Positions 50,102 to 60,529 of a stretch of DNA of 64,000 bases are shown here, piece by piece (position 1 is the first letter of the stretch; each line of letters starts with the position of its first letter). The DNA is from Endomicrobiales bacterium (lineage in GTDB: Bacteria > Elusimicrobiota > Endomicrobiia > Endomicrobiales > CAWCFT01), in NCBI GenBank assembly GCA_963794945.1, contig CAWCFT010000017.1, positions 55,303-119,302 on the forward strand, written 5' to 3'. The translations under genes were made by a program, and so were the position numbers. A model generated the notes under the pieces. That model saw nothing but the letters and a program-made list of their open reading frames with translations, was not told the DNA's origin and did not search any database.

Positions 50102-52501
50102 ATGGACAAGGCTAATTTCAAGAAACTTCTTTCGGAACGGGTGCTTATACTCGACGGCGCCATGGGCACCGAGCTGCACAAGCGCGGCTTTCTCTCAGAC
50201 ATCGGAGCGCCGGAAGAGCTCAATACAAAATATCCCGAACGCCTTAAGGCCGTTTACACGGATTATTTAAGGGCGGGTTCCGAAGCCATACTCACCAACA
50301 CGTTCGGCGCCAACAGGCTCAAACTCAAAGACTACGGCCTCGACGCCTCGCTGGATCTCATAAACACGAACGCCGTAAACATCGCCCGCGACGCCGCAAA
50401 AGGCTTTAACGCTTTTGTCGCTGCGGATATAGGCCCCATAGGCGCCTACCTCACGCCTCTCGGCACGGTGGGTTTTGACCTCGCTTACGACGTTTTCTCC
50501 CAGCAAATAAGGTCAATAGCAAAGGCCGAGCCGGACTACCTCGTTATCGAGACCATGGCCGAGATACGCGAGGTAAAAGCCGCGCTCCTGGCCGCCAAAG
50601 ATAATTTTAAGGGCCCGGTAGTTGTGCAGATGACGTTCACCGCTGACGGCACAACCGTGACGGGGACCGACGTCCTCTCATTTTTGTCGGTGGCAGAATC
50701 GATGGGCGCCGACGCCGTGGGCATGAACTGCTCAGTTGGCCCGGAGGAGCTCGTAAAGCTCGCAAAACTTCTCGCTTCAAACACCACGCTTCCCATCTCG
50801 TTCAAACCAAACGCCGGCATGCCGAAACTCATCAACCGCGAAACAGTGTTCCCCGGAACGGCGGACGAGTTCGTCAAGGCCTGCCTTGAAGCCCACAAGT
50901 GCGGTATAAACATGCTTGGCGGCTGCTGCGGCACGACACCCGAGTTCATAGAAGCGCTAAGCGCTAAGCTCAAAGGCAAGGCGCCCGCCGCGCGCAAGGT
51001 AAAAAGCAAATTCCTTCTTTCCTCCCGAACGAAGTCGGTCAACGTCGAAACAATAAAAAAACTTGTTGTTGTCGGCGAGCGCATCAACCCGACAAACCGC
51101 AAAAAATTCCAGGAAGAACTTTTGGCCGGCAACTTTACCATACTGCGCGCGGAAGCAAAGAGACAGGCCGCCGCGGGCGCAGACATACTGGACTTAAACC
51201 TGGGGCTTCCCGGAGCTGACGAAGCGAAACTCATGTCAAAAGCGGTGGAAGAAATTCAAGAGGTGGTTTCCGCCCCATTATGTTTGGATTCGAGCCTTAC
51301 ATCGGCTCTCGAAGCGGGACTTAAGGCCTGCGCGGGCAAACCCATAATCAACTCGGTCAACGGTGAAAAAGAAAAACTTGCTAAAGTTTTACCGCTTGCC
51401 AAACGTTACGGCGCGGCGCTCATCGGCCTTACAACCGACGAAAAGGGCATACCCAAAACCGCGGCCGAAAGAATAGCCATCGCCGAACACATTATAAACG
51501 AGGCTGTTAAGCTTGGCATACCAAAGAACGAGATTATAATAGATTACCTCACGCTCGCCGCAAGCGCGGCTCCGGGCCTCGCACAGGAAACGCTGGACGC
51601 TATAAAGCAGTCAAAAAAGAAGTGGCCGGAGGTCAAAACAATTCTCGGCGTTTCCAATATATCTTTCGGCATGCCGGCGAGACAGGTTATAAACTCAACG
51701 TTCCTTAAACTCGCACGTAAAGCGGGCCTCGATATGGCGATATGCAACCCCTTCGAAGACTGGGAAACGAACGACGCGCTGGCAAAAGAGATACTGGTTG
51801 GCTCGGACCCCAGGGGCGAAAAATATATAGCCAAATATTCCGGTTTTGTTAAAGCGGTTTCCGCAGAGACGGCCGTGCTCGCGCCCGACAAACGCCTTTA
51901 CGTTTCAGTCCTGGAAGGCAACCGCGAAGAGATAGCCAAAGCGGTGAGCGCCGCCCTTCAAGCCGGCATCAGCCCCTTAAGCGCTGCGAACGATATAATA
52001 CTCAAAGCCCTTAATGAGGTCGGAGAAAAGTTCGCTTCCAAAGAATATTTCCTTCCGCAGGTAATACGCTCGGCCGAAACTGCCCAGGCGGCTTTCGCCG
52101 TTATAAAGCCGCTTCTCAAAAAAGATGCGGGGTTCTCGCTGGGCAAGATAGTACTTGCAACGGTTAAAGGCGACGTGCACGACATAGGCAAGAACATAGT
52201 CGCCGCGGTGCTTGAGAGCCACGGCTGGGAGGTCATAGACCTCGGGAAAAATATAGAGGCGAAAGATATCGTTGACGCGGCAATAAAACACAGCGCCCCT
52301 GTTATCGGCCTATCGGCCCTGATGACAACAACAATGCCCGAGATGGAGAAGGTAGTGCAGGAAAGGAACGAACTAAAAGCCAAAATAAAGATCTTGATCG
52401 GCGGCGCACCGGTCACCGAGAAGTACGCCAAAGAGATCGGCGCCGACGGATACGCCAAAGACGCCGTCACCGCCGCCAAAGAAGCCGCAAAGCTGCTGTA
52501 A
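50102..52501 (+). CDS. metH: Cobalamin-dependent methionine synthase (Hcy-, folate- and B12-binding domains, no activation domain)
   Basis: LDGAMGT, NCSVGP, GGCCGTTP, GERINPT, NSVNGE, B12 motif DVHDIGKN, LSALMTTT. Confidence 0.93.
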   Translation: MDKANFKKLLSERVLILDGAMGTELHKRGFLSDIGAPEELNTKYPERLKAVYTDYLRAGSEAILTNTFGANRLKLKDYGLDASLDLINTNAVNIARDAAKGFNAFVAADIGPIGAYLTPLGTVGFDLAYDVFSQQIRSIAKAEPDYLVIETMAEIREVKAALLAAKDNFKGPVVVQMTFTADGTTVTGTDVLSFLSVAESMGADAVGMNCSVGPEELVKLAKLLASNTTLPISFKPNAGMPKLINRETVFPGTADEFVKACLEAHKCGINMLGGCCGTTPEFIEALSAKLKGKAPAARKVKSKFLLSSRTKSVNVETIKKLVVVGERINPTNRKKFQEELLAGNFTILRAEAKRQAAAGADILDLNLGLPGADEAKLMSKAVEEIQEVVSAPLCLDSSLTSALEAGLKACAGKPIINSVNGEKEKLAKVLPLAKRYGAALIGLTTDEKGIPKTAAERIAIAEHIINEAVKLGIPKNEIIIDYLTLAASAAPGLAQETLDAIKQSKKKWPEVKTILGVSNISFGMPARQVINSTFLKLARKAGLDMAICNPFEDWETNDALAKEILVGSDPRGEKYIAKYSGFVKAVSAETAVLAPDKRLYVSVLEGNREEIAKAVSAALQAGISPLSAANDIILKALNEVGEKFASKEYFLPQVIRSAETAQAAFAVIKPLLKKDAGFSLGKIVLATVKGDVHDIGKNIVAAVLESHGWEVIDLGKNIEAKDIVDAAIKHSAPVIGLSALMTTTMPEMEKVVQERNELKAKIKILIGGAPVTEKYAKEIGADGYAKDAVTAAKEAAKLL

Positions 52502-52517
52502 ATTTGTTACAGGGCGC

Positions 52518-54035
52518 TTACCTGTCGCTGCCCAGAACTTCAATATATCCATTGCCGGTATTTACGGTTTTAGCCGGCTGCGCCAACGCAAAATCCAGCC
52601 TGTTTTGTCCGAAATTAACGTCAAAATTCGCGTCATTGAACCTTAACGGCGTGTTGAAGGTTTCGTTGCTGGCGATTATATTTTTACCTTCGATCAGCGT
52701 GCAAACCATTTTTATTTCGTTTTCTTTGATGCCCACGCTGTCAAAATTGATGTTCAGTTTCATGTTGTCCGTACCGTCATTTTTTCTGGTTATTACCATC
52801 TGGTAGTCATAAACCCCTTCTTTGCTTACAAGGCTTCTTTTGGCTGTAAAAGCGTCATTTTCCGTCTTAAATTCCGGCATTTCAACTTTTATGCTCGCCT
52901 TACCTTTCATGACGTATATCGGGTTGACGCCGTCACTCGGCATAGACAGAGACACCCGCCCGTCCTTGTCGAACTTTAAATTGCTGAACTCCGGCGCTGT
53001 AAATGTGACTTTATACGCGACCTTGTCTTTAGGCATATGCACGCCGTCGTCAAAAGGGCCGAGACCCAGGTATTCCCCTTTCAATTCGCCTACAGTATTA
53101 TCCTTCTTCACTGTAAAAGCGAACTTATGCACCGACGCCTTGCCTTCAGCGTCTATCGTTTTTATCGTTATTTGATGCGATCTGCTTTTTAAAGAAGAGA
53201 AATCGCATGGAAATTTAAAAATATTCTTGAAATCTCCATTAGGCTCGACTCCGCGGTCTTTATTGATCGCCGGGTTGATATTTATTCGTTCCTCGCCGGG
53301 GCGCCCGCCGTAGCTGAAACAAAGCTCCTTGTCACCCTGTTTGTCATCATCGACAAATATTATCGCGGAGTCCAGGTTCTTCCCCGTAACGCTGAAACGC
53401 AGGTCATAATTTTTGGAAAGGTCCTTCGGCTCTATATCTTCGTAGGGCGAAGGAACGAGCAAGGCCACATCGAAGGCATTTACATAATCATCGAATTGGG
53501 ATACGGGGTTATTTTTCCCGTCGTTTAATTTCATCTCAAGGCACGCAGCAGAGCACTTGCCCGAAGTTCCTACGGCAGCGAACTCCTCACCCTCTTCTAT
53601 CCTTCTTTTCAAATAGAATTCTTTCGCAGGAGCCTCTTTGGTGGCGTCCCTGTACAGGAACAAACCTTTACTGCATTTGCCTATATGAAATATCCCGCTT
53701 CCGGGAAGAGCGTCATTATTAAAGGTATGCGAATAGGTCCATTCTCCGGATTTTCCTTTTATCCCTATGACCCAGCCCGCCTCGCTGTCGTACTCTATTT
53801 TATCCAGCAGCCCGGTTTCAGCGGCCTTGACCGCCGTCCCCGATGGTTGTTCATAAACTACGCTGTCGTGAAAAGACAAATCGTTGGGGCCAGAACCGGC
53901 CTTGGGGCCGAAATCAGATATTATTGAAGTATCGGGAAAAGGCGATTGGCCCGCCCATCCAGGCCCGGTCAGGACCGCGCTTGAAACAACTAATGCTATC
54001 GTAACCAAAAATAGTTTAATCAAATTGGTATTCAT
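52518..54035 (-). CDS. Hypothetical exported beta-rich protein
   Basis: 505-aa ORF with a signal peptide; no family recognised. Confidence 0.65.
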   Translation of the reverse strand: MNTNLIKLFLVTIALVVSSAVLTGPGWAGQSPFPDTSIISDFGPKAGSGPNDLSFHDSVVYEQPSGTAVKAAETGLLDKIEYDSEAGWVIGIKGKSGEWTYSHTFNNDALPGSGIFHIGKCSKGLFLYRDATKEAPAKEFYLKRRIEEGEEFAAVGTSGKCSAACLEMKLNDGKNNPVSQFDDYVNAFDVALLVPSPYEDIEPKDLSKNYDLRFSVTGKNLDSAIIFVDDDKQGDKELCFSYGGRPGEERININPAINKDRGVEPNGDFKNIFKFPCDFSSLKSRSHQITIKTIDAEGKASVHKFAFTVKKDNTVGELKGEYLGLGPFDDGVHMPKDKVAYKVTFTAPEFSNLKFDKDGRVSLSMPSDGVNPIYVMKGKASIKVEMPEFKTENDAFTAKRSLVSKEGVYDYQMVITRKNDGTDNMKLNINFDSVGIKENEIKMVCTLIEGKNIIASNETFNTPLRFNDANFDVNFGQNRLDFALAQPAKTVNTGNGYIEVLGSDR

Positions 54036-55029
54036 ATATATTCCTTGTTCTTAGAACGTGGTCCTCTTTCATCAGACCTGTATTTGTTGTGACCTTTTCG
54101 AATTCCTTTATCCTGAACATTTCCTGCTGAACGGGCGTCATCTTATCCCCGTCGCTTTCAAACTCTTTTTCGCCGCTCATACCGTAAAAAGTCACTTTGC
54201 CCACGCCGTGCGTGAACATGCTCGCCAGAACTATCGAGACCGACGCCTTGCCGCTCTCTGTTATATCAGCGTACCCGGGCTCAGCGGAAACATTGCTGCT
54301 CGTCTTATCAACATCAAAGAACATCGCCCCGGTTTCACTCCCCTTTTCGTACCTGAAACACCCGTATTTCCCATTCTGTGTTATTTTGTAATCATAGACA
54401 TCGCTGAACTCGCCCAGCTGCTGGATCGTTTTACCGGTATCATCGCATATCTCGGCGTTGTAAACGTACTTTTCGGTGAAGTCCACAGTGACCCTTTTTT
54501 TGGTAAGGAGGAATATCCTCTTCCCGTCGAAAGAAAGGGTATGGAGGGGCATATCTTTTAAAGCGTAGTTATCTTTCTCCCACAACAGGTCGCCGTTCGA
54601 ATTGTAATATTTGATCGTGTTGGAAATTTCCCCCACCTTTTCGGCGCTCACAGAACCGATACAAGTGACTATAACCGCGCGTTCGCCGTCGCCGCTTACT
54701 TCCGCGAGGTTCAGTTCGCTCTCGTCAACCTGCGAGGTGCGGTTATTAACAAGGATGGTCCTATGGCCTACGCTGTTTATCAGCGGGATCGCCTTGATAA
54801 GAGTCTTTTTTGAATCCAGGAAGGTCAGCTTTGTATTATGCTGAACTATCCGAGGCTCGGACACCGGCTTGTATTTATCCCAGTTTGAATCGCCCGTCGC
54901 CGCCGCGGTGGCCTCTTTGCTGTCTAACCCTGTACCGCTGACCGTTGCAAAATTGACTTTTTCTTCAGAGAATACCCTGACCGAAGCCAGAAATAACAAG
55001 AAAAACACAAGAAACATTGATCTTTTCAT
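54016..55029 (-). CDS. Hypothetical exported protein (possible partial beta-propeller)
   Basis: Signal peptide; SGDGER, NSNGDLLWEK, SFDGKR and TQNGKY turn motifs. Confidence 0.65.
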   Translation of the reverse strand: MKRSMFLVFFLLFLASVRVFSEEKVNFATVSGTGLDSKEATAAATGDSNWDKYKPVSEPRIVQHNTKLTFLDSKKTLIKAIPLINSVGHRTILVNNRTSQVDESELNLAEVSGDGERAVIVTCIGSVSAEKVGEISNTIKYYNSNGDLLWEKDNYALKDMPLHTLSFDGKRIFLLTKKRVTVDFTEKYVYNAEICDDTGKTIQQLGEFSDVYDYKITQNGKYGCFRYEKGSETGAMFFDVDKTSSNVSAEPGYADITESGKASVSIVLASMFTHGVGKVTFYGMSGEKEFESDGDKMTPVQQEMFRIKEFEKVTTNTGLMKEDHVLRTRNIYEYQFD

Positions 55030-55324
55030 TTTCTTACCCTGCCTTTATTGATCTGTGTGACAAATACACTACAACGGATTGTAACGACTATAGAGGGATA
55101 AAATGACTCGCAAGGGCGAGTTTGATGCCGTGGTTTATATATAATGTTTAATTGATTGGTTTGAAGAAAGTATACTTTTTTCGGGTTAAGGATAAATTAT
55201 TTTAATGTTAATATTTTGTTAAGTGCAAAACGTCGGCGCCAGTCATGGAAGAGGTTGTTGAGGAAAGTGACGCGAGAAAAATTAACGCCAAGGTGTTGAT
55301 CGGCACCCATGGTTATGACCGGTT

Positions 55325-55936
55325 CTATTTTCCGATCGGCTGCCGTATAATAGTTTTCAATTTCTCCGGCGCGCTTTTGCGAGGGTCTCCCAGATAAATT
55401 TCGTGATGTTTACCGGTTAATGAATATCCGTTGTTTTTAATAAATTCATGCAATTGTGTTATCGTCGGCTTCTCGGAGCTATACGGTCCCACATGCAGTA
55501 TCTGTGCCGATAGTCCCTCATTAAATTTCTCAAAGCGCACGACGGGGAACCTCTCGAACTTGCTTTTCTTCTTTACCGATTCAACCATCACGTCAGCCTC
55601 ATTCTGCGCGATAAAATCCGGCTGAGCTATCATTACTGTCCAGCGCCAGAGGTCCTTGTTGCCTTTAACAAAGTTATCCATATTGACAGCCCACCACAGC
55701 CCCTGCAGCGGCATTACGCCGTAATCGATATCTTTTTCCTTCTTATACTTGAACTTAAGCCCGTACGATATGGTGTATAAGGTGCCAACGGCTTCCGTGA
55801 AGGATCGCGCCGTGTTTGGGTCGCCCAGCCCGTCTATCATAAAGAAATTCATCGCAGGAACCGTAACGATCTCCGGCTTGCCGGCCTTGGCCGAGTAAAA
55901 CTGTTTGAACTCTTTTTTGAGGTCTATTTTTTTCAT
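55325..55936 (-). CDS. GyrI-like small-molecule-binding domain protein
   Basis: MKKIDLKKE...IDGLGDPN, PLQGLWW, ILHVGPYSSE, GKHHEIYLGDPRK. Confidence 0.88.
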   Translation of the reverse strand: MKKIDLKKEFKQFYSAKAGKPEIVTVPAMNFFMIDGLGDPNTARSFTEAVGTLYTISYGLKFKYKKEKDIDYGVMPLQGLWWAVNMDNFVKGNKDLWRWTVMIAQPDFIAQNEADVMVESVKKKSKFERFPVVRFEKFNEGLSAQILHVGPYSSEKPTITQLHEFIKNNGYSLTGKHHEIYLGDPRKSAPEKLKTIIRQPIGK

Positions 55937-55947
55937 GGGATTGCTCC

Positions 55948-56919
55948 TTATAAGGGTTTTACGGGAATGTGCAGATCGAAAACGAAATATCCTTTGGGAT
56001 GGTCTTCGGGGGTAGTCAAATATTGTTCGAACGCGAATGAATCCTCCGGCTGGTAACCGCTTTTTGGCAGCCACGCGCCGAACATGTAATCGTACGCGTC
56101 TTTAAAAATATTATCTTTCTTGCCTTGAAACCGCGCGACCGCGTAAGAGCCCGCGGGTATTGCCATAACTCCCACTTCCCCCTGGGCTTTTGCGTCCCCG
56201 CCTATGGCGATACAGGCGTAATACCTGCACTTGTGCTTCGGTGTTACGCCCGGATCATCAAGGGATATGCCTATGAATTTTGTGTCCGACGACATATAGC
56301 CCCGCGGCCCGGCCCAGGCGCAAAGCTTTTCGTACGCGTTCGCAATGCCTTCGCTGTCTTCGTAGCCTTTCATGTGCATCACGTACGCGGTCCTCAACTC
56401 CGGCAGCTTTTTTACTTCCACTTTCACGCCTCTGCTTTCCATCTTCTTCCTCCTTTTCTGGTATTGGCCGCTGCCACTACTACTATACCAGGAGAGAGAA
56501 GAAAAGGCTTTTTCTTTCTTGCTGTTCGTTTTACTATTCTTGCTATTTTTGCCCAGCCGGCCGCGCCACAGCACCGGCGTTGTCCCAAAATGCTGTTTGA
56601 AAAGCCGTGAAAATAAGGCCGACGACGAGAACCCCAAAGAATAAGCGATGTCGGTAACGGAATCGTAAGGGTTGTATGTTAAGCGGCTGGCGGCGCGTTC
56701 GAGCCTGACACGCCGGACGTAATCGGCGGGCGATTCCCCGAGGTATGCGCTGAATATCCTGTGAAAATGGAACGGCGAGAAAAAGGCCAGTTTGGCCATA
56801 GCCCGCAGGTTTATTTCCCCGCTGATATTTTCATTGATGTGCTGGATAACAAGATTGATGCGCCGGACATACTCCCGTTCGGTTGGTGACAAATGATATT
56901 GTATTGTGCTGTTCTTCAT
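55948..56919 (-). CDS. AraC-family regulator with a C-terminal GyrI-like effector domain
   Basis: SPFHFHRIF, RLERAA, VTDIAYSLGFSSSALFSRLFKQHFGTTP, CRYYACI. Confidence 0.92.
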   Translation of the reverse strand: MKNSTIQYHLSPTEREYVRRINLVIQHINENISGEINLRAMAKLAFFSPFHFHRIFSAYLGESPADYVRRVRLERAASRLTYNPYDSVTDIAYSLGFSSSALFSRLFKQHFGTTPVLWRGRLGKNSKNSKTNSKKEKAFSSLSWYSSSGSGQYQKRRKKMESRGVKVEVKKLPELRTAYVMHMKGYEDSEGIANAYEKLCAWAGPRGYMSSDTKFIGISLDDPGVTPKHKCRYYACIAIGGDAKAQGEVGVMAIPAGSYAVARFQGKKDNIFKDAYDYMFGAWLPKSGYQPEDSFAFEQYLTTPEDHPKGYFVFDLHIPVKPL

Positions 56920-56985
56920 ATACCAATAAGCCCTGATATTCTTAAAGCTCTTTGGGCCGCAATCCGTTATTTTTGGGTTCCGAGC

Positions 56986-57570
56986 TTATTTTATAAAGTG
57001 TGTGGTTCCGTCGTTGCGCGGCGGAACGTTTGATGCTTTACCAATATACCCCACAGCGGCGGCTGAGCAGACGGTGTGTTCTTTGGGGATGCCCAGCTCA
57101 AAAAGGTAGTCGCGTAACCCAGAATCATTTCGCAGCCAGTGCAGGTGGTTGATGTAACAGCTGCCCAGCCCCAACGATTGCGCCGCCAAAAATATGTTCT
57201 CAAGCGCAAGCGCGCAGTTTGCCATGGCATTCGCGTAATTTGGCCGGTTAGAGGCTATGATGAGCGCGGGCGCATGGTGGAAAAAATGAGCGCCTTCTTT
57301 TTGCGCGTAAGCTTTGGCTTCGAGTTTACCTGGATAGTCATCATCGGGAGTCCAATTCTTATACCCCTCCCGCAACAGCCAGTTGATCTTCGCAAGGATT
57401 TCTTTGTTCTGGATAGCGGTAAACAGCCAGCTTTGATTGTTGCCTCCGCTGGGCGCCCATATGGCGGCTTCTAACAGTGTATCCAAAAATTCCCCTTCTA
57501 TCTGTTTTTCCTTAAAATGCCGCGTGCTTCTCCGCGCACGAATACAGTCAAGTATTTCATTGTGAATCAC
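56986..57570 (-). CDS. Nitroreductase family protein
   Basis: RRSTRHF, WAPSGGNNQSW, AAQSLGLGSC. Confidence 0.9.
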   Translation of the reverse strand: MIHNEILDCIRARRSTRHFKEKQIEGEFLDTLLEAAIWAPSGGNNQSWLFTAIQNKEILAKINWLLREGYKNWTPDDDYPGKLEAKAYAQKEGAHFFHHAPALIIASNRPNYANAMANCALALENIFLAAQSLGLGSCYINHLHWLRNDSGLRDYLFELGIPKEHTVCSAAAVGYIGKASNVPPRNDGTTHFIK

Positions 57571-57610
57571 AAATTATTCTCCTTCTTAACAGCCAAAAAC
57601 TACCGGCGTT

Positions 57611-58421
57611 TTATTGAGTTGGCTGATCTTGGATTGGAGCGTTTGAGGGTTCCGTTGCCCCATCATTTACCTGCTTTTGGGCTAGGCGTGAGGCTGTCCC
57701 GCCTAGAAGGCGGATCTTTGACTTTTGAGCCTTTTTTAGGACCAGTTTCCAGGCCTTCTTGATGTCAGCTATGTAGGCGTTAACAGTGGCCTCATTTTCG
57801 GGAGCTGCTTCTATTTTCATTTTAGTGTCTATGCCATATATTGTTGATTTAACAATGTATTTCTTATTATCTTGGCGCCCCTCGGACTCGAGTCCGACCC
57901 CCGGCCTGGACGCCTGATCAATTGTTATATCACCTTTAGCCAGCGCATCCTGCTTTTCTTTAGGCGCCTCCGCTATAGCTATGTATCTGCGCACCTGCTT
58001 TTCATCTTTGCCTATCAGCCCGCCTATCTTAACATTCGACTTCCCCTCATCGCTCAACCGCTTGCAGGCAAACATTATGTCCAGGTTGGTGAGGGTCTTG
58101 CGCTTGATGTTCTCTATGAAGTTTAGCCCCAGCACCTCTTCCTCATCTGCCTCGGATTCTGGTATTGTCACGGCCAGTATCTTCTCCCAGTTGAGGCTTT
58201 GGGCGGCTGGCTATCCTGCGCAGCCCGCTCACCGGCACATGTTCTCCACTGTTCCTAAGCCAGATAACAATAGGGAACTTCTGGCCTGATTCTGCGAGCG
58301 ATTTGGCCAGGTTTGCCACACTTTCGGTTGTGATCTCTTTGCGGAATTGGAACATTTTGTTTTGGGTGTTGATGCTGGAGAGCGCAATCCACTGCGGTTG
58401 GTACTTTGATAAGTCAATCAT
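57611..58421 (-). CDS. ParB/Spo0J-like protein (frameshift ~58208)
   Basis: LAKSLAESGQKFPIVI...VSGLRR (GxRR), then after the shift IENIKRKTL and an HTH (SNVKIGGLIGKDEKQVRRY). Confidence 0.75.
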
Positions 58422-58493
58422 AGTCCCTCCTATAATTGATGCATTTTATAATACCCTAATTGCCTTATAATAAGCGTCCCATGCCGTATTCCA

Positions 58494-59303
58494 TTACCTC
58501 AGGTACTTGGACAGAAAGCTTGTGGTTTTGTCCCAGCTGTCTTTTATTACCGCTGGGTCGGATTTTTTCATCCTTTCAAAACGGTGCTGCGCGCCCGGGT
58601 AAAGTTTTATTTCATAAGGGCTGCCTCTTTCGTCAAGAATGGTTTTAAGGCTTTCAACGTATCTTACAGGAATAACGCCATCAGCGGTGCCGTGCAATAT
58701 AAGCACGGGAGAGCTGTATTTTGTAAAGCAGTCCCTAAACTGGTAGGCTCCGTTATCTATGAGCGCCCCATAGTAGGAAACCCCGGCCTGAACTTCCCCG
58801 CATCCCGCCAGAACAAGCGCCCAAAACCCGCCAAGTGAGAAACCAACGGCTCCGATTTTATCTTTAATTATTTTAGGGTTGGCCTTCATATACTGAAGCT
58901 CAGACCGAAAATCATCATGGATAGTATCGGCATACTCGGTCTTTGAAAGTTTTCCGGAAATAAATGAACCGTTCGGTTTAAGATACTCTGGCACCAGGCA
59001 GGCATAGCCTTCACTGGCCAGTTGCCGGGCATATTGCAGGTCGTTCTTTTTAAGCCCGCCGACGGTATGTAAAACAAGAACTCCCGGAAACGGCCCCTGC
59101 CCATCAGGCATAAATAACTCAGCATGCACTTTGTGATTGGTGCCCAGATTATTCATAGATGTTTGTTGTACGGCAGTGGCAGGGGGGATAAATAGAATAA
59201 TAAAAATTGTACTGAAGAACATGCCGCGGATAACCCCCAGTGTGTTATTTATTTTATGGGAACACATGGCAAGGACGGAGGAAATAAAGCCAATAATATT
59301 CAT
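58494..59303 (-). CDS. Dienelactone hydrolase family (alpha/beta hydrolase)
   Basis: GFSLGG nucleophile elbow, ILHGTADGVIP, YPGAQHRF; start uncertain. Confidence 0.85.
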   Translation of the reverse strand: MNIIGFISSVLAMCSHKINNTLGVIRGMFFSTIFIILFIPPATAVQQTSMNNLGTNHKVHAELFMPDGQGPFPGVLVLHTVGGLKKNDLQYARQLASEGYACLVPEYLKPNGSFISGKLSKTEYADTIHDDFRSELQYMKANPKIIKDKIGAVGFSLGGFWALVLAGCGEVQAGVSYYGALIDNGAYQFRDCFTKYSSPVLILHGTADGVIPVRYVESLKTILDERGSPYEIKLYPGAQHRFERMKKSDPAVIKDSWDKTTSFLSKYLR

Positions 59304-59307
59304 TTTA

Positions 59308-60111
59308 CTAACCGGCTTTTTGTAGGTCCTCAGGGTTTGTGCGGGGGGGGATCTCGATGCTTCTTAGCCATATGAATCCGGCTATAATGGCCCCGGAGAA
59401 GTATATCACCCAGAGGTACGTGTAATACTGTCCGAAGAAGGCCGCAAGGCCGGCTATCAGGAGCGAGCCCGCGAATATCAATAGGCCGATCTCAAGCAAT
59501 TTCCACTTCTTCTGCATCTGGTTATATATGTTGCTTAGGGGGTAGTTGTATCTCCTGTGGCGGACGTACGCCGCGGAAAGTATGAAGAAACCAACGGGTG
59601 AGATAAGCTGGGAAATTAGGTGGATGAGTATGAATTCCACCCTCTGAGTGTGGGCCGAGAACCATGTAGCGTCATATATGTTGAAGCCGAAATATGTTGC
59701 CAGAACCTTTGAGCCGTCTATAGCCACGCTGTTGACAAGGATAAATAGTGTCGCCATCAGCACGCCAACCGCGTAGGCGGCGACCGTGACCGACTTGGGC
59801 GTTCCCTTGTCGCTCGGCACCCAGTGGAGTATGCCCACGAGTATCGCGGGGGAGATCACGGCCATGAGGAAGAACTGCCTTGTGCAGTTTATTATAAGCG
59901 GCCAGGGGTGCGGGCCGGCGATGTTCTGCAGTGGCCGCGTGATAAAGTATATGCCGAACATCAGGAACGCAGTAAAAACCTTTTTGTAGCCTATCTCGCC
60001 GAACATCAGCGCCCTGACCTTGCTCACCCTGTTTATCTCGGCTGCCATCATGAAGAACACTATGCCGGCTATGACAGGCACTACAAGGTTTATAAGCGGT
60101 ATTAATTGCAT
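59308..60111 (-). CDS. Hypothetical ~7-TM membrane protein
   Basis: 267-aa ORF with about seven hydrophobic segments and SD GAGG. Confidence 0.7.
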   Translation of the reverse strand: MQLIPLINLVVPVIAGIVFFMMAAEINRVSKVRALMFGEIGYKKVFTAFLMFGIYFITRPLQNIAGPHPWPLIINCTRQFFLMAVISPAILVGILHWVPSDKGTPKSVTVAAYAVGVLMATLFILVNSVAIDGSKVLATYFGFNIYDATWFSAHTQRVEFILIHLISQLISPVGFFILSAAYVRHRRYNYPLSNIYNQMQKKWKLLEIGLLIFAGSLLIAGLAAFFGQYYTYLWVIYFSGAIIAGFIWLRSIEIPPRTNPEDLQKAG

Positions 60112-60154
60112 TGTTTCCTCTCTCTTAACAACTATTAAGATCTTTGCAGCAGTG

Positions 60155-60245
60155 TGTCATTTCGATCCCGCTTGGGCGGGAGAGAAATCTTCAGTCAAAC
60201 AAATTAGCAGATCTCTCATCCGCCTACGGCGGATTCGAGATGACA
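60155..60245. repeat. Palindromic intergenic element, copy 2
   Basis: TGTCATTTCGA-TCCCGCTTGGGCGGGA-GAGAAATCT...AGATCTCTC-ATCCGCCTACGGCGGAT-TCGAGATGACA. Confidence 0.8.
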
Positions 60246-60402
60246 AAATATTCAATAACTAAATTATCTTAACTGTAATTATAACAAAAACATTTTGTTT
60301 TGGTCTATTAATTGATATTTTCTTTTTGCTTGTTTGACATTATTTCGAAATTGTTTAACTTGCATAATTCCGCCTGCTTGCTGGGCGGTTACTTTGGTTT
60401 GG

Positions 60403-60494
60403 TGTCTTTGCAAGCGCAGCGAAGCAATCTCAAAACAATTTTGAAAGCGAACATCGAGATCGCCACGTCCGCCTTTGGCGGACTCGCGAAGACA
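60403..60494. repeat. Related palindromic element (TGTCTTTGC...GCAATCTC...GAGATCGC...GCGAAGACA)
   Basis: Same architecture as the other copies, with an internal GTCCGCC-TTT-GGCGGAC hairpin; extra hairpins at ~60370 and ~60507. Confidence 0.7.
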
Positions 60495-60529
60495 GTCATT
60501 TGATATCGCCCTGCTTGCAGGGCGGAGGT

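Noticed and set aside
49397..52501. Split methionine synthase as a novelty
   Set aside because: A separate activation domain plus a three-module MetH is an established arrangement (e.g. Thermotoga).
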